A stretch of DNA of 53,830 bases, taken from assembly GCA_964594115.1 (NCBI GenBank), contig CAZQLD010000007.1:1-53830 (forward strand), written 5' to 3'. Shown one piece after another: positions 53,077 through 53,830 of this stretch. Below the pieces are notes generated by a model. It was not told the DNA's origin, ran no database searches, and saw only the letters and a program-made list of their open reading frames with translations. The position numbers and the translations under genes were made by a program. Source of the stretch: Candidatus Woesearchaeota archaeon (lineage in GTDB: Archaea; Nanobdellota; Nanobdellia; Pacearchaeales; GW2011-AR1). Numbering within the stretch: position 1 is the first letter of the stretch; each line of letters begins with the position of its first letter.

Positions 53077-53829
53077 TTATCTCATCACACTCCAGATAAC
53101 AACTATAAAACCAAGAATCAAATTATAGATTCCAAACAGATAAAACTTATTGCTTTTTATTATTTTTATTAAAAAGCTGATTGTTAACAGGCTCGTTAAG
53201 AGGGTTATTGTGAAGGCAGTTAAAAAAGTGATTATAGGCATGCTTGACAGAGCAATTTCTTTAGCTTCTATTAAACTTGCTCCAAATATAATTGGTATGG
53301 CTAAAAGAAAAGAGAATTTTATAGCTTCTTCTTTTTTTAATCCTAAAATTAATCCAGAGCCCATGGTCATCCCGCTCCTTGAAACTCCTGGAAATAATGA
53401 AAATATTTGGGAGATTCCTATGAATATAGAATCTGAAAAAGAGGGTTTTTTCTTTATTACTTTTGCGTATTTAGTGGAGTAAGTGAAAACTCCAAAGATA
53501 ATGAAAAATATTCCTATAAAAATTAAACTAGAGAAAGCGTTTATCACATGCTCTAAAAGCCAGATTCCTGCTATTGCAGCAGGGATTATAGCTATTGCAA
53601 GTTTTAACATATACTTGTATTCTTTTTTTGCTACAAGGTTTATAATATCTTTCCAGAACAATATTACCACTCCAAGAACACTTGCAAAATGAAGATAAAC
53701 TGTAAATCCAAAATCCTGCACTCCAATCAGTTCTTGGGCAATGGCAAGATGCCCTGAACTGCTTATTGGAAACCATTCTGTGATTCCTTGAACAAGACTC
53801 AATATAATTGCTTGGATAAATGAAACCAT
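53077..53829 (-). CDS. uppP: Undecaprenyl-diphosphate phosphatase (BacA/UppP)
   Basis: QGITEWFPISSSGH, PGVSRSG and FSFLLAIP. Confidence 0.95.
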   Translation of the reverse strand: MVSFIQAIILSLVQGITEWFPISSSGHLAIAQELIGVQDFGFTVYLHFASVLGVVILFWKDIINLVAKKEYKYMLKLAIAIIPAAIAGIWLLEHVINAFSSLIFIGIFFIIFGVFTYSTKYAKVIKKKPSFSDSIFIGISQIFSLFPGVSRSGMTMGSGLILGLKKEEAIKFSFLLAIPIIFGASLIEAKEIALSSMPIITFLTAFTITLLTSLLTISFLIKIIKSNKFYLFGIYNLILGFIVVIWSVMR

Positions 53830-53830
53830 T

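Noticed and set aside
1-53830. CRISPR array, rRNA, tRNA, transposase or integrase
   Set aside because: No regularly spaced repeats, cloverleaf, rRNA-like GC-rich tract or DDE/tyrosine recombinase motifs were seen by eye; a tRNAscan-SE/Infernal run would be needed to exclude small RNAs.

Overview
An AT-rich, tightly packed window that looks like a DPANN archaeon (Pacearchaeota/Woesearchaeota-like). The evidence is archaeal-type PGK and TPI, AbrB-PhoU regulators, BRE/TATA promoters with many leaderless genes, and stop-A(n)-ATG gene coupling; this taxonomy is inferred from the sequence only. The left part (1-24 kb) is a sugar-fermentation neighbourhood: Ca-type P-ATPase, GAPDH, TrxB, PGK, PGI/PMI, a GH100 invertase-like enzyme, GT4, PIG-L, PfkB, class I aldolase, TPI, cupin PMI and a ROK kinase. 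It also holds a group 3-type [NiFe] hydrogenase whose large and degenerate small subunit genes are split by an acyl-CoA ligase. The centre (24-43.3 kb) is an accessory island of two parallel modules, each with a beta-barrel-led operon, a divergent AbrB-PhoU regulator, a convergent membrane Ser/Thr kinase and a tiny AbrB or RHH regulator. It encodes four secreted proteins that look like Gram-negative outer-membrane beta-barrels (two end in a textbook BAM beta-signal), two receptor kinases whose ectodomains resemble degenerate lytic transglycosylases, and a MoxR/vWA-HExxH pair flanking a radical SAM-SPASM and a non-canonical polyprenyl synthase. The right part holds a GHMP kinase, two GT4 proteins, a repeat-containing nuclease-like protein, a DEAD-box helicase and UppP. 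The leading hypothesis, which is inference, is an archaeal system that senses and perforates or interfaces with a bacterial (diderm) cell envelope. No rRNA, tRNA, CRISPR array or transposase was recognised.
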